From Lama guanicoe (Eukaryota): a stretch of DNA of 64,000 nt. Shown piece after piece: positions 61,418-64,000 of this stretch. A program made the position numbers and the translations under genes. Every line of letters begins with the position of its first letter. Within the stretch, counting starts at the first letter, position 1. Below the pieces are notes generated by a model that saw nothing but the letters and a program-made list of their open reading frames with translations, did no database searches and was not told where the DNA came from. The DNA is taken from contig MU056216.1 in assembly GCA_013239625.1 (NCBI GenBank), positions 28,643,051 to 28,707,050 on the forward strand, written 5' to 3'.

Positions 61418-62988
61418 GACTTATAAAAAGACTTTAAATTCACCATAGTTCTATACTAAATTGTTTCCAAATGTTTGCTAGTATCCTGTGATGAACATCT
61501 CTCCACAGAGTTTTTTAAAGTAATAGTGAAGATCATTAATTTTTGAAAGAACCCCAGAAGAGGAAGTAAGAAAAAAATAGGATTGCCATGTGATTTCAGC
61601 TTCTACTCACCACCCTCCTTATTTGTGTATGCAGACTATTCTAATTAAGCTACTATAAAAGAACAAGGATTGATTTAAGATGCAAATAGTATGCACAAGG
61701 CAGTTAAAGGCAAAATGATGTTCGGATTCCAGCCTGAGTGATGGTTTCCTGGTGATTCAAATGGCAGGGGAACTGAGCATGTTGTTGGTGTAACATAAGC
61801 ACCGTGAACCTCAAAGCAGCTGTATGGCAGCTGTCAGCACCATCTTCATGTTGCCAGCAGCAGTTTTCCAGCAAGACAGTATCATCCATCTCATTATTGT
61901 TGTTAATTTGAATGTTAGTGGTTTTATACTTTTATTGGTATGTAAATTATAAATCTATTTCGATGTAAACATACAAAGATTAGGTCAATTTTCCTTTTTT
62001 TCTTAAGCAACATAATACAGTTATTTACGTCAATGTTTGGGATCTGCAATTTTTTTTAAGAGACTTTGTACATCACTGGAGAAACTCGGGGTAGTACAAA
62101 GAGCATCAGCTCCAGAAGTCAGGTTATCTAAGTTCTAAGTGTAGCTTTGACAGTAACCACCTGTAGGGCTTTGGACTGGTCGTCTCACCTCTGTATCCCT
62201 CAAGTTTGCTCATCTGTAGAATGAAAGGGTTTGACTGTGTGATCTTTAGATTCTCCTCTAGTTCTCAGTTCTGTTCTTCAAAGGTCAGGAGCCCTTATTT
62301 GGAAACGCAGCCAGGCACTGGTTTGTGCTATTTGTTCTCTGAGACTGAAGCCTGACGTCATTGTAATTTTAGCCAGAGACTGTCAAGATCAGCACGAAGC
62401 TGCTTCTAGCTGCTCTGACCCTATGGAGGAGCAGGAAGGGGCCTCCTTAACTCTTGTTGGCTCAGATGCAAGGTACACACTTTGGATGTCCCTGGTATGT
62501 GGCAGTGATCCGTCACGCGGCCTGGGGAGGGTAGGGTGTCATCAGAAACAGGGCTTCTCAATCCAGTGAACTTCCCTGTCTGGAGCTCCACCCCACTTGA
62601 GAACCAGGTTGAATTAGACCGTGTTGCTGCTGGCACTGGATCAGATCCTCTGGGGTGTGGCACAGAAAAATGGTTGGGAAGCAGTTTAGAAAGTTGTCTT
62701 TGGATTGTGCTGGATGGTGTTTCTGGAAGATTCCCACAGGCAGAGGTCCAGCTGCAAGCAAGTCCTAGAGGCTTTGGCAAATCAGCCTGGCGAATTCTAG
62801 AGGGGCTAAAAAAGTCTCCACTCCTTCCTCTTTCTCCCTCTTCTCCTCTTCCTCGTCCTCCGCCTTATACCCACTCCCTTCTGCTCCAATACCTAAACCT
62901 TACTGGAACCCACCGTGTGTGATTCTAAGGTTTTCACATATATTTTCTCATTTTATCCTCACCACACATCCTAAGGGCAAATCCTTTT

Positions 62989-63580
62989 TTTTTTAAATTG
63001 AAGTATAGTCAGTTTACAATGTGTCAATTTCTGGTGTACAGCATGTTTCAGTCATATATATACATACACATATTTGTTTTCATATTCTTTTTCATTATAG
63101 GTTACTACAAGATATTGAATATAGTTCCCTGTGCTATGCAGAAGAAACTTGTTTATCTGTTTTACATATACTAGTTAATATTGGCAGATCTCGAACTCCC
63201 AATTTATCCCTTCCCATCCCCTTTCCCACCAGTAGCCATAAGATTGCTTACTATGTGTATGAGTCTGTTTCTGTTTTGTAGATAAGTTTATTAATGTCTT
63301 CTTTCTTTTTTTAGATTCCATATATGAGTTATATGGTATTTTTCTTTCTTTTTCTGGCTGACCACTTAGAATGATGATCTCCAGGTCCATCCATGTTGCT
63401 GCAAATGGCATTATTTTACTCTTTTTTATGGCTGAGTAGTGTTCCATTGTATAAATACAACACAGCTTCTTTATCTTGTCGTCTGTTGATGGACATTGAG
63501 GTTGTTTCCATGTCTTGGCTATTGCAAATAGTGCTGCTGTGAACATTGAGGTGCATGTATCTTTTTGAATTAGAGTTCCT
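62989..63580 (-). mobile_element. 5'-truncated lineage-specific L1 inserted in a MIR
   Basis: ORF 63175..63603 (-) KDTCTSMFTAALFAIAKTWKQPQCP is the ORF2 C-terminus; TSD CTAAGGGCAA.T.CTTTT at 62971 and 63581. Confidence 0.9.
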
Positions 63581-64000
63581 CTAAGGGCAAGTACTTTTAT
63601 CATTTTATTCGGTACACCTTTTCACATCAGGACTCTGAGGCACAGAAATTCAAGTTGCCCACATTCATGTGGGGAAGATATCCATGGTACACCCTTGGGT
63701 GGTTGGGCTCTGGAGTCGGGCTCTTAAACATCTTTCTGCATTGCCAGCACAGACACAAGGACAGGCAAAGGCGCTATTGAGCACCGTGGACCACCGACCC
63801 TTGGGCAGGCCTTATGGGTCTGAACAACACAGCTCAACAATCGTGGACCGAGTAAAGGAAAGAGATCCTAGGCTGGGGTGCTGACTGCTCCTCTGTGTTC
63901 TCCAGCGGGGAGCTGGGTCATGCCTGCCAGGGATCCGCCTTCTGCGGCAGGAACAGGAATGTCCCCAAGCAGCCCATTACTCTTGCGTGAGGCCGATTTG

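Overview
Mammalian genomic DNA, almost certainly camelid (alpaca/camel): 13 copies of the tRNA-Ala-derived Vic-1-type SINE plus artiodactyl-type L1 3' ends. The window holds one complete protein-coding gene, SLC25A30 (KMCP1, a UCP-subfamily mitochondrial carrier), on the + strand. It has a CpG-island promoter at about 35.6-36.6 kb, a non-coding exon 1, and nine coding exons (41637-52399) that splice to an intact 876-nt CDS (291 aa), followed by a 3'UTR of up to about 2.7 kb. The last intron is a U12-type (minor spliceosome) GT-AG intron. The rest is intergenic or intronic sequence full of L1, L2, MIR, MaLR, ERV LTR and DNA-transposon relics, with two N-runs. I see no evidence of a wholly new biological system. 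The most interesting observations are: the U12 terminal intron and its open read-through frame; a 3-codon uORF in frame with the start codon; Vic-1 SINE tails that look like Pol III read-through plus polyadenylation; a candidate ~1.6-kb inversion splitting an ERVL pol relic; a CTCF site and an ETS/CRE cluster upstream; and several short duplications. Repeat subfamily names are from recalled consensus motifs, and boundaries without TSDs are approximate.
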